DNA of 58,259 nt, filler included, from Jimgerdemannia flammicorona (taxonomy: Eukaryota): NCBI GenBank assembly GCA_003990765.1. It is 3 parts of 3 records of this genome, joined end to end, with 100 filler letters (N's around TTAATTAATTAA, not from the genome) between each part and the next. Parts side by side here need not be neighbours in the genome. Positions count along the whole stretch, not along the records: positions 19,456 to 38,810 come from RBNJ01001958.1; 2 more parts are not named here. One strand, given 5' to 3'. The first letter of the stretch is position 1. Each line of letters begins with the position of its first letter. Shown piece by piece: positions 25,712 through 38,290 of the stretch. Below the pieces are notes generated by a model. The model was not told the DNA's origin, ran no database searches, and was given only the letters and a program-made list of their open reading frames with translations. A program made the position numbers and the translations under genes.

Positions 25712-27775
25712 TGTAAGTGCACAACCCCCAAGCCACTGAAATTACACGTCACCCTCTGAACAAGCCACTGAAATCACACATGACCTCCGAACAAATCTGG
25801 AAATCACCTGCATGATCATAGAGCTGAGTCAAACCGAAGTCACAGTGCACAAAGCTGAGTCAATATGAAGTCATAGAACACAAGATCTACACAAACGGAA
25901 CCTTACCAATCAGGACCAAATGCATATATACCGAGCACTGAGATGCGTCAAATCAGAGAACCAAAACAAACAATAACCACAACTTCCAAACACACAAATA
26001 TGATCACTGAGATCTACAACCGCATCCGCGCTGACATTTGGAATGCTATTATCAACCGAGCCACACCCCCTCTGCCCCTCATGAATATCCATAGCCTGGC
26101 ACCCCTCTACTTCGTGGAAGCCAGATGGAATGCCCTGAACATGCTTAACGAGGCCCACCGAATCGGACAAATCTCAAGCTACTATCAGATCGGCCGCCTC
26201 CTGGAAGATATGGTTGAACACCACCATGATACAGACATTACCCAGATGTCTCAACACCAGAAGCTCATCACCCGCAAACATCGAGAACTCTTCTATGAGT
26301 ATAACACCTTTATTCTCCGCCTCCGAGTTACTACTAGCGAAATGGTTGCTACCCTGTCCTATGGCCAAATCGATGACATGATACAAGAACTCAACCACAA
26401 GTACCTCGAATATGTCCAGACCACCTACAGAACCTTCCCGCACCCTGACGACCATATCCTGCAAATGCCTCAAGTCGGATACACCATGAAGGATGTCTAT
26501 GATATAATCCACTTCGATGAAGATGAAGCAGAAGACAATGATCCCTCTGACGCCGACATGACCTCTAGCCAAGGATCTCTGCCAACCCTGATCACTCCGC
26601 CAATCTTGCCAATGAACTTACAACAGTTCATAACTACATATGAGACCTATTGGGACAATGACCACTGGCACGAATACTAACCTGCGTTTACCCCTGACTA
26701 CTTCAACTATAATGAAGAGACCGGAGAACACAACCTGTACCTCCAAACAACCCTAGAAATCGAACCAACAACCCCACCACCTGAGTACGAGCGACTCGAA
26801 CCACAGCCGCCAGCTTACTACAACCCCGCGACTCATAGTGCTGTAACTTATAGAAGGTATGCAGACAGCGAATCCAATGAAAGCGAAGACAGTACACCCA
26901 TCCTTCGCCCACCAACACCTTATCCAGCATACGAAACAGACGATGCTATCCTATGGGATGGAGATGAAGTCCCAATGTATTACTACCTTAGCCAACAAGG
27001 AGAAGTAATCCACGAACCACTCTTCCTAGACGACTACTTCATCAGAGATGATGCAATCGATGGTGATGTCATCGAAGACTAACCAGATAGTGCCTAAATC
27101 TATAAATAGTCTAGCAGTCATAGTATAGTTAGATTAGCCTTGTACGACGTGACTGTGAACTGACTCAGCAGTCAGATGATCTCTTGACATGTCAGATCAC
27201 ACTTATACTACATAACTACATTCCGACTCAGTAAGGCACTTAGTGCTACATCTATATTCAGCATAGTCCAGATAGCCCCTCACTAGTATAAATACCCCCT
27301 CTCCCAGACCTCAGAATCTCAGACTTGAACAATCTGAACACAACTCCTGAGCACTTCCCCACAATACCCCTTCATACAAATACTCCTAGTATAGCAATAT
27401 CATGAATAGCAAATAAACCTATTCCATAAACCACAAACCACTCTTAAGTAAATCCGCTCACTGTTAGGTCCTACTCCTAACCCTGTCACGAAACTTCCTA
27501 ATTGGGTATTGTCTGCAGCGATATGCCAATTCAACTAAGCTGGTCTTAGTTTCTTGAACTTCCTGAAATACGGAAAATCCTGAACATCCAGAACTAGTCT
27601 GGAAAAGGACTTTGGTTGAGATGTTAACCCGATCTTGAAATCAATAAGTGTAGAGGATGTACTCCATACAAAATTGATCTTGACCATAAGAAAACGGTCT
27701 TCCGGAACATCCAGAATATCCAGAAAACCTTTCCAGAACTACATAACGGTCACCCTAAAAAGTAACCCTCTGACA
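25712..27775 (+). repeat. 3' LTR of element B (2064 bp)
   Basis: TG...CA termini directly after the PPT. TATAAATACCCC at ~27288 and AATAAA at ~27412. Confidence 0.88.
25943..27082 (+). CDS. LTR-encoded accessory ORF of unknown function (245 aa, plus an in-frame ~133-aa continuation after one TAA)
   Basis: ORF 25943-26680 stays open in the same frame to 27082. Homologous decayed copy at ~30470-31640, and a motif match to the family-A LTR ORF. Confidence 0.7.
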
Positions 27776-28529
27776 ATAGGGACCACTTCTCCACCCACCA
27801 CTACTCTCTTCTCCACAGCTTCCAACAATGATATCTCTTCCTCAAATCCAACCTTGACCCCTTCTTTCCCCTTCAAGAACTTCACTAAAGCTGCCCCCTT
27901 TACCTCCTATGCCATCAGCCCCAAAATCATCCTCACAGTCACTGCAAAGCCTCAGAAGCACAATGTGACTGCATATTCTAACCTTGACTTTTTGAGTAAT
28001 AGTGCTGACACTATGTCTATCATGCCATCAGCCAGGTCTCCAGGCCTCATGCCCTCCCTCCCTCTGTCCTGATCTGCTGACAACTGTCATATCAGGATTT
28101 TTTTCCAGATCCCCAGTTACAGCTCTATCAGCCATTACACCCCTAGCCTCTACACCCCCCCCCCCTACTGCCAGACCCTCCCATGGGGGCCCCTCTCTGT
28201 CCCCCAGCTGAAGCTATTGACACCTTCTCCAATCTCAGCCAACTATCCAGACCAGATGTCAGTAAAGGTCATCCTCCCTCCTCCTTGCTGCCTCATTCCA
28301 CCCCTCCCTCCACTACCAACATTATAGCCAACCATAGAGAGCTCTGGTATCTCCAACCTGTCTCCTCACCTTCTCCCAACCTGCTGCCAGTCAAAGGCCC
28401 TATTGTCCCTCTGGCTGATACATGTATCAGTATACTTATTACTGCCCATATTGATAGTATCCTTTTATCAAAAACATTGCAAAAAGTATTGTCTGAGTCT
28501 TGTATTATCTGAATGTTATCAGTGAAAGG
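27776..28529 (-). mobile_element. 5' end (UTR and ORF1 start) of a second copy of the LINE
   Basis: High similarity to 17809-18584, including the 5' terminus. Confidence 0.88.
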
Positions 28530-28860
28530 TGTGTTCCACCATAATGTACTTTGATGAGAGTTTTTCTTTGTCCATCACCCTCTTTGGGGTGGCAGGGGCT
28601 ATTCTATTCAGCTCAAGCATGGTCTTGTATATATGTTGGGGTTTTGGGTATGTGTTTTTGATCATTAGTGTATGACTGAGTTCCCTCTGATAGTAGGGAG
28701 AGCATGGTGCACAGAATGAGATGCAGGCCAACATAGGCCCTACTATATCTGGAATTGTTGAGCTACTGAACAATAGTGAGTAGTGCTTGATGAGTAGTGG
28801 GGGAGAGTTTTGTCCTATATAGTCTAGATTCTCTTCCAATAACCTTGGGACTTTGAGTCC

Positions 28861-28895
<35 letters not shown>
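28530..28895 (+). mobile_element. 3' part of the 1.19-kb poly(A) element, copy 3
   Basis: Matches 5715-6087. Poly(A) at 28864-28895. Confidence 0.85.
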
Positions 28896-28899
<4 letters not shown>

Positions 28900-31784
28900 C
28901 TATGGCTATACTTCCTTAGCTTCTCTATTATTTACTGGATGTGCTGCAGATGTTCTTTGGCTGTCTTCCTGTAGATGATAATATTATCTATATAAACTAT
29001 CATCCATCTTCCCATATCATAGTGGAAGATATTATTCATCATTCACTAAAAGTATGCTGATATATTATACATTCCAAATGGTATTCACAGATAGATATAG
29101 ATTTTATCTGGAGTGATAAAGAATGATTTTTCACTTGCTACTTTGGTGAGGCCAATCTGGTAGAATTCTGAGTATAAATCCAAGATACTCTAATACTGTG
29201 ATTTATCTTACAGAGTTACAAGGATATTACTGATGAGAGATAGTAATTAGTAATCCTTCTTTATAGACAGTTTGAGCTTCCTGTAATCAGTACAGAATTT
29301 TGGAGCAAATTCTCCTAGTTTGCTTTCTTTTTTCAGGACTAATATGACTGATAATGCCTAAGAACTGCTGGTTTCTTTGATGATACTGACTTCTTCCATC
29401 TGCTTGATTTCTTCTTTGAGCCATTCACAATAGGCTAGTGATTGGTCTTGTTTTTTGGTAGATTGGTTCAGTCTCCCCTATATCTATATTATGGTAATAG
29501 TGTGGAGTTTTTTCCTTAATATCCTTGAAGTCTGTAGCCAGTACATTCTCAAATTCATTTGAGTTCCTTCTTTAGTAAGAATTTATTTCCAATAGTATAG
29601 CTGTGCTTGTTTGTAGTTTTCTCCTTCTTGTGATCTAGTTCAGTGGTCTTCATTTTGTATTGAGCTGATCCTTCAGGACTTACTTGATCTCATCTGTATA
29701 GTAGGTGGTTTAAAGCCAGATCTTCTGTACTGTAGACATGATATCATCATCATTTTCCACATGGGTTGCAGCTGTGAATACTACTCTTACTGGTCCTTAG
29801 AGACTAAAGAGTATGAGAGCTACTTGCTGTCTTACTATCAGAGTTCTTATAGTAGTATACTGCTTGAAATCATCAATAAAGGTGATGATTAATTTATCTG
29901 AAGTATATCTATGGAATACCAGTGGTCTCGTATCTATCTTATCTGAATATCTTGGTTCAATTTGTATGGTTATTTAGATGGTAGCAGTTGTTCATTATTC
30001 ACCCTGAAAGTGACAGATTTATCTTAAATTATCAGCCAATAGGCACTAAGTTGTAATGTAGCAGATACATAACTATATAAGTATATCAGATTTCTGTATC
30101 TTGAAAACTTGATCTTTGTTGACTCTGTAGAGTCATTGGTTACAGGGGTGGGTAAGTTCAAAGTATATCTGCCTGCAGGCTTACTAGTTCTCATATTTTC
30201 TCTTTGCTTTGAACTATTTTGATATGAAGTTTATTTACTCTAGATACTGAGGATATCTATACAAGTTTGCTAGCTATAAGGTGGCTAAGTTATGTATCAC
30301 TTTTCACATATATTGAATCTTTTGACATCTGCTAAATCTTTGATAATTACCCAAATTTTAATATTTGTAAGGAGTTTAACATTTGCTAAAACTTTAATAT
30401 TTGTGAAATAACTGCTATTTGTAAGGCTATACTATATTTGGAAATCAGATTTAAGTACTATGATTAAATGTCTATTCTTCTGATTCATGTTTCTAATTCA
30501 GATCAATGATTATATCATCTAGAAAAAGTAATTCTTGAATTATTCATATTTTTCTATTTATTTATATAGTAATATATTGGAATAAAATGATTATCTTATA
30601 GGATGACATCATTTGTTTCATAAGCTAGATATAATATTATTTATTAGAGAAAAGGTACTTTATCATCACTTTTATCAGATTTACTATCAGTATACCTTTG
30701 ATAGGTTATGGTACTATATATTGCACATTTGTAGAATACTAAAGATTGTTCTTTATATCATTTATATTCAGTAGATAGAGTTATTGGTTCTATCTCAAGA
30801 GTTGTCTAGAGGTATAGATTATATTCATCTGTTTCTTTATTATAGTTAAAGTAGTTTAATATAAATATAGATTAGTACTTATACTAATGGTCATTATTTC
30901 AATAGTAATTATAGATAGTTATAAACTATTATAAGTTCATCAGTAGGGCTAGCAGAGTGATCAGAGTTGGTAGAGATTTTTGATTGAAAAGTATCTCAGT
31001 ATTAGAGAGATCATTGTTTTCTGCTTCATTATTGATAAAATAGATTTTATTCTCAATTTCCTTTATGGTATATTTAACTTAGAATATTTACAGATTATAG
31101 TTATCTAAATATCAGAAGGGTGTTTCAGAAGTTTGAATATACTTGATATATTTTTGATTAAGTTCTTATACTATATCATCAATTTGGCCATAGGTCAGAG
31201 TGGCAAACATTTCAGCAGTAGTAACTTGGAGGTATAGAATAAAGACACTATACTCATAAAAGAATTCTTGGTATTTATATATAATGAGTTTCTGATATTG
31301 AAATATTTTGATAATATTGGTAATATAGTAATAGTTAATTATATAGCTTTAAAAAAATATCTAATTTGATAGTAGTTTGAGATTTATCTAATTTTGTAGA
31401 CTTTGCTAAGTATGTTTAGAGTATTCTATCAGACTTTTACCAAGTAGAGAGATGCTAGGCTATAGATATTCATGAGAGATAAGAGTATTATTGTGTAGTT
31501 TATAATAATATTCCAAATATCAGCATAGATGCAGTTATAGAATTCAGTGGGCATATCTTGATATATATTGAAGATTATGATTATTTGTTATAGTTCTCTG
31601 TTTTGATATATGTACTATATGTCTGGTATATATATATATAATCTTAATTAGTAAATTTCTATTTGTTTATAAGTCTTATATTCTATATCTTTATATTAAC
31701 TCAAGTTTATGATCTTATATATGCTTTCTAGATTTGTTCTATAGTGATGTACAATATTGGTAGCTTGGAGGTTGTACACTTACT
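28896..31784 (-). mobile_element. Internally deleted Gypsy element C (clade-A gag/RT; 5' LTR 30052-31784 with a B-type U3 ORF)
   Basis: RT KKESKLGEFAPKFCTDYRKL and VYIDN. Gag YYTDEIK*VLKDQLNT is fused to the pre-RT region near 29655, so PR and dUTPase are deleted. PBS is homologous to element A. The LTR start matches TGTAAGTGCACAACCCCCAAGCC. Confidence 0.78.
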
Positions 31785-32900
31785 GGAGCTGAGATCTTAG
31801 ATTTCATTCTTATTCTTCTACTATTCTTTTATAGTTTCCTTCTCTCTTAAATATCTCTAGAGGAATTCTTAAAGACTCTTAACCATGAGATTTTTCTTGT
31901 CTTCTTTCTTATAGTTATTTTAAGTAATTTCTTACTTGATATCAAAAAATTCTTAGACTACATATACTTACTTATCAGGTTTCTTAATATCAAGAGTGTG
32001 GATATATTGCATAATATTGAGAGGAATTCTATTCTTAAAGGTCATTGTACTAACAATATCTTTGTTAGCAGTATTAAATCTTGCAATATGTATTCACTTC
32101 TAAATTCTTGTAAAAAATACACATAGGGATTCCTTAATATCTATAATAGATTCTTAGACTTTGTAGCAAGATTCTGTTCCTATATACTTCTCAATAAGCT
32201 AGTGAGAGATGGCTTAATATTGTTTAGCATTATAGTATATATCAGCTATAACTTATTCTAGATTGGAGTTGGGATCATTTGATATTTTAATGAAGATTAT
32301 TTTAGCTCACTCTCTTATTTTATATCTTGAAGACTATAATATATCTCCCAGAAGTAAGGTCCTTTAGAGTTATAATTCTTTCAAAAGTATCTAAGAATTC
32401 CTTTAGGTCTTCTTCTGGATACTCTGCAAATATTGATAGTATACTGTCATTTTGTTATCACTATCTTCTAGTTCTTCTTTAGATCCTGAATCTATTTCAC
32501 TTGTTGAAGGTATACTAAGTCTGATTGGGCTACTGAGAGTTAAAGAATATATTTGGTCTTTGGAGTACTGGGATACTTCTTGATATTCTTGAAAATACTA
32601 AACTTATAGGATCTGCTGGCTCAGATAAGGGTGAGATAGAAAGAGAATGAAAATCTGACAATATGATCTTCAAGTTCTTATAAAAGTTTATTAAAATTTT
32701 AGATAGAGTTTTTTATATTATCTAATTGATCTGACTGGATCAGATCTTTTAGTAATAAGTGTGCTAGTATTTCAGAAGTGTTTACAAGCTGAACTCTTAG
32801 TAATTAAACTAGTGGTTAAGGATTTTCCATATACTATACTGATCTCTGGTTAGAATTCTTCTGATACTAGACAGTTGGTGAGTCTTAAGATAATTACTTC
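31785..32900 (-). pseudogene. Heavily decayed gag-like sequence of a further LTR element
   Basis: LSIFAEYPEEDLKEFLDTFERII near 32430 resembles the Gag capsid N-terminus. No CpG remains. Confidence 0.45.
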
Positions 32901-35900
32901 TCTTCTTGTCCAAATACTACTAATTTAATTCTCCTTTAGTAATTAAGATTGGTGCTATATCAAAGACATTCAGTTTGACTGTTGGGCTCTTGAAGCTAAA
33001 AATTCATATAGATTTTCAAAAAAATCTTATTAGTTAAGCCTCAAAATATAATATACTGCTTCAATAGAAGCAAACTATAAGATTGAACAGCTATATAGAT
33101 TGGATTGAGCCCTCAGTTACTTGGTCAAAAAGTAACATAATATTCAAAGGTTTTAATTCTAAAGGTGCAAGTTCTGTTGTTTATATTATAGATGATTTTT
33201 AGTAACTTTCTTAATGGGTGAATTTGATATAATATGGTACATTTGGTAAATATCTCTAGATGATATAGATTATTAAATATGGATTTTGCATAATACAGCA
33301 AGTTTGGTAGATTTCTTTAAGTATATTGTTCTTCAGATTTTATTTGGTAAGTAAATCAAAATAGTAGAGTCTTTAAATTTAGGCTTAATTGATAAGTAGA
33401 CCAAAATGGGTAGATTTTTTTGGCCCATCAACTGCTTTATTTGTACTAACAAGTTTAGTTTAAAAGTGCATCTGACTGACTAGCTTTAGTCAAAGTAGGG
33501 TGGACCTCTCTTTAGGCTTAATCTAAGAAGTAGACCAAAAATATAATGGATTTTTTAAGTTCTTCTGGCTTAGTCTGTCAAGTATACCAAAATATAAAAG
33601 ATTTCTCCTCTAGCTTAGTCTGGTAAGTATACTTTAATCAGATCTTTTTTATATCAGAAAGTGGACCAGAGTAGAAAAGAAAGCTTACAACTTCTTAGTA
33701 GTGGCTTATTGGCAGAAGTTCTCCTCCTAATATACCAGATAATTGGCTTTTGCTTTTTGAACTTTTCAGACTGAGGTGTATTTACTTAAATCTCTGGGAT
33801 ATTTTTTACAAGTGTGGTTGCTATCTGGTTACTATCTGGGTAATTATAGTATATATAGTAATGCTAATTGAGGAAGGTATTCCTGTTGGGTAGGGGTGTA
33901 TCTATTGGGTATAGGTGTAACTGAGCAGCATAAGTATTCCAGGTAGAAATGGAATTTGTCCTAATTTAGTATTTTAGGCTATTTATACAATGAGCATTGC
34001 ATAAAAGTAACTATAGGGGTAACTATGCTAGGTATTTTGTACATCATCTGGTTATACTGTAAAGTTTGCTTGTCACAATATAATGTAATCCTATATTTCG
34101 TATTGGATTTCGGATCATCCGATTCGATTCAATCGTCACAGGCAGTCGCTCGATGCAGTTATTCAGTTTGCAATCCGTGGATAATTTTAATTTCCGTTTT
34201 GTGGTCATTAAAACATCCTTTACTTACGAATTGTCAGAGATTATTGAGTGCCTACTATATGTATGAGAGGTTTCATTAGAAATCGCAGGAGGAATGTTCC
34301 GGACGCCGTATAGACGGCGCAAGGGTTTCGGCATGGTGTAGGTCTTTGGCGCCAACATGCTCACTTTTGTATTAGCTAGGAAGCGCCTCCCTATCATGCT
34401 GTCCAACCATCGCATCTGGTTTCACTCAAATACATACGCTTTACACATATACTCAGCATGCGTACCCATTTTCGCTACCTCCCTCCCTCCCGTCTTCTGT
34501 ACATTTCGATTTTTGTTTTATGTACCATTGGTTCTGGGCTGGTTTTGTTCATCGCATCCACTCTTCTCGCGCCTTTTTCTCTTCCCAAATATATGAACAT
34601 TGAACTTCAATCATGGTTTTTCTCTTCGCTGTTGTTCCGATGTCTGCGAGTTGGGTTCAAGTGGTTCTTCACGATGCAACTTTACTCGAGGAGAAGCGTA
34701 GGGTTCAAACATTACAGCTAGACATTGAATATCGTTTAATCTCGGGATTTGACTGTATAATCACTATAATGATATTTTTTCTTTATATTCGTGAATTAGC
34801 GGCGAGGGAGAATCGTGGGTTATATAATCTCGCTCGGCAGGCATCGAAATACGAGGATGACAGATGATCCATTCTATTGGTACAAATCAATAAGTGTCAC
34901 TATGTCTTCCCATGTAAATGCTGTCCACCTTATTATCTAAAGAATAGATATGTGGTACTCAAGGTGGCGACCTCGCTCTCCATCTTGAGGCGGAGGAAGA
35001 TGGGGAAAGCAAAGCGGCCGATACCATCAGAGCATCATCCATAGTAAGGAGGTCGACTTCGTGGGTTGAGTTTGGATAGCTTTTGGAGGAAATGAGTATA
35101 TATTGAATTACAGAATACACTTTCAATATCGGAGCAGTCGTCTTCATCCATTAGATTATGTAAGGAGGCTTAGGTATTGTCTACGCCGGTCATTGGCGGG
35201 AAGGAAAGTAATTTCAATTATAAGCCACAAGGGGATCACGTTCCAATGCTCTTGCACAAAAAACGGCCTGCAAACTATATCTTCCACTAAAATGTTGTAC
35301 TGCCCGTTTCCTTGTTTCATATTTGCCTCAGAATGATAGGCCCCCTTGCTGTTTTCCGGGCCATGATGGTTAATTTTCTCTCGTTGATTTGGGAATAATT
35401 GTCATTCTACTCTCAATAATCGCTGGGTGATTATTTGTAGCTCTGCGTTTGATCGTTGTTTGATATCCGAAATTTGGATAAGAAGCAACCCGATCCGAAA
35501 ATAATAAACTGACCAAATATATACGTGTTTAAATAGATCCTATCCCATCCGATCCTTTCCGAACCTTTAAGTCAAATTACACATTAAGCGGCACAGAAAT
35601 ATAATTGCGTCGAATCATGGCTTAAAAAAAAAAATGAAAGAGGTAGAGATAAGTATTAAAGGTTGAACCTTTTATACTCGGGTTTAGTAGATGGAATACC
35701 ATTTCCTTCTCTGCGTCTGCAACATCGGAATGAGCAACATCTCGTTTCGCACCCCTACTATTCCGAATCATATTGCAAAAGCAGTCATTCTGCCTCCTAA
35801 GCAATGGCGGCAAACCTCAGGTTCAACATTACAATGATTGAATACTTTATTTCATGTGACCTTACCCAAAACTCAACAGCCATCCAATGTTCCACAGCGA

Positions 35901-36564
35901 ATATCTTCTGCTAGCATCAAAATCTGGTGATTTGATGATTGGCGAAGTGATTGCTTTTTGGGGGTCACGTATATACTCGAGTTAAAGATTTGATGACTAC
36001 TGTTCGTATGAAACGAAGCTCAGACTGCCGTTGACGTTTTGCTTGTGACCGATAATTACCTCATTATTTGTATTCTTTGTTCATGTGTTGATACAGCCTA
36101 GCACTTGAATCATTCCGCCTGCGCCCCTGACCTTCAATTTCTTCTTCCCTTCTGCAGCCAAATTTTCTAAAATAAAATAACTTCGACTCAACATGTCTAT
36201 TTTGTTTATTACTGTCAGGTCAGGCATACATGGAAGAGAAATTGTATGGGCTGCTGTTATGACAGCTTGCCTTTCCGAAACATGCAAATATGTTGAGACT
36301 GCAGCATAATGATCCCACACACAAAGACGGCAAAAATCCACAAAAAAACGTCCATAATAGATCATTGGTATTCGTTCTATCAATCTCGCAATACAAATTA
36401 CTTCGCAGGAGCCGCGAAAAAATCGCGAGCCCAAAACCCGACTCACCCAATTCTTCAACGCACAACCCTATATTTAACAATGCCAATGCCCATCGGCCTC
36501 CTGTTCTTTCATATAATGAAGGGCGACCTCGATCATATCATAAATCCTAAGCAATATGGCTCAT

Positions 36565-36756
36565 CAAGCACCACGGCTGCTAGGTTATCAAGCACCACGG
36601 TGGCTAGGTTATTGAGCACCACGGCGGCTAGGTTATCAAACTCCACGGCGGCTAGGATATCGACCGCCACGGCGGCTAGGTTATCGAGCACCACGGCTTC
36701 TAGGTTATCAAACTCCACGGCGGCTAGGTTAACGAGCGCCACGGCGGCTAGTTTAT
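36565..36756. repeat. 24-bp minisatellite, 8 units, CpG intact
   Basis: Consensus CRAGCACCACGGCGGCTAGGTTAT. Lies in ORF 36309-36773 as SSTTAARL repeats. Confidence 0.92.
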
Positions 36757-37359
36757 TGCCGACGTTTGCGTAGGCTGAAATCGTGTCACTTGAAGGCTTT
36801 TTGTATCCGTCAGCAAAAATTCGTCATGGTTCTGTACCGCGTTGTAAATGCACGGAGTTTTTTCACGAGTTCGGTTGAGTCTGCTTTGTGGGCACGAAAA
36901 GGGAGAAGATATTAAAAATTTGTGGGGAAAATGAAGTAGAGGCTATTGTTACCCCTGCGACGTTTAAAGTAAGGTTCTTTGTGATGACGAGGAGTGGGTT
37001 GACGATCACGCGATAGCAAACTGCTCGCGGGTTCCCTGCATAAAGAAGAAAGATTGGCACGGTCAGAATGGCTGGAAAAAAATTATCGCAATTTATGTAT
37101 CCCAAAAAAATGCAAAAAACAAAAAACAACAAACAAAAAAATCCCCACGATTCCCAAATGCACTCAATCTTTCCTCTTCTACACTACGTACCAATGTTGA
37201 CGCACAATTGTCCAAATAGATGCTCCAAGCAGCCTCCACGCACCATCCTTGGGGGAAACACTACCCGCTCGTTTTTAATCTTCAATACAAAATATGATTC
37301 AACGAGGAACTTCATCCCGTGGAGCATATTATCGATGTAATCGGCCGCCTCGGTCCAGC

Positions 37360-38290
37360 AAAGATGTCGCCCAAGCCGTGCACCGTGTCCACAACTCTCC
37401 GCCGATGTTTTTCCTGATAACAGCGTGGAAGTAAGCATGCTTACGTAACGCTTTACTCGCAGAAGGCATGCCATAGAGTCGTAGAAAGCCTTGAAGCTAT
37501 CTTTCTGAATTCCCCACCTCACGAAGTCCTTCCTACCCTGTGCCATTCATAGCGGAACAACGGTCCGCCGCAGTTCCTCCTACTCACAACATAGAAAGAT
37601 GCATCCTTCGGCAACGCCATACACGCAATAGGTGGAGATTGCTGCCCTAAGTGATGTACACTGAATCGGAGGAAACAGAGTCGGAACCTTCGTCCTGAAT
37701 TCTCCACCTCAAAGTCCAGTCCAGCCGATGCCGTTCACAGCGTCACAACTGTCCGTCGCGGTTCCTCCTATTCACAGCAAGGAAACGTGGTTCCTTCGGC
37801 AACGCCACACAGCAATAGGTAGATTTTTGCCCTACGGGACGCAGACTGAATCGACGAAAAAAGTCGTGAATCGATCTTTTTGAATTTCCCACCTCATAAA
37901 GTCCTGCCTAGCCAATTCCGTTGACTGCATCACAAATGTCCGCCGAGGTTCGTCCTAGTCCCAGCATGGAGGGATGCATGCTTCGACGACGCCATACTCG
38001 CAGCAGGTGGAGTTGTTGTAACAGCATTCGCAACGTGATATACTGTGAGTGGAAGAAACAGAGCCGGAAAGATGACCACACCAAGTCCTGCCTAGCCTAT
38101 GCCGTTCGCAACGCCCGCAATTTTGTGCTGAGGTCCTAGCATTAATAGGCAGAATTCTGTAGCTGCGATGTACACCGAGTCAAGAAACCGAGACGATAGG
38201 GAGGCGTCTATCACAAGAATGTCACCATGTCCTAGCCTATGCCGCAGAACTGTCAGCCGATGTTCGTCCTGTGTTAATAGCGGAAATAGA
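37360..38290. repeat. Diverged ~187-bp tandem array, about 5 units
   Basis: AAGTCC anchors at ~37524, 37712, 37899 and 38084. CGGCAACGCCA-like anchors at ~37609, 37797 and 37984. Confidence 0.7.

Larger units (their letters stand above)
19456..27775 (+). mobile_element. Chromovirus-type Ty3/Gypsy element B (long Gag-NC-dUTPase-PR-RT-RH-IN-chromodomain; 2.06-kb 3' LTR); 5' end lost at the linker
   Basis: Near-continuous reading frame 19456-25302, broken mostly by CGA>TGA stops and two small indels. PPT AAGAAGGGGAGAG (25698-25710). LTR TGTAAG...CTGACA at 25712-27775. Inserted into a LINE ORF1. Confidence 0.95.

Noticed and set aside
33100..33360. Possible further copy of the LTR accessory-ORF motif
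   Set aside because: Too decayed to align credibly by eye.
34090..35590. Complete hAT-like element bounded by ATCCGA repeats
   Set aside because: No convincing TIR pair, TSD or transposase motif found.
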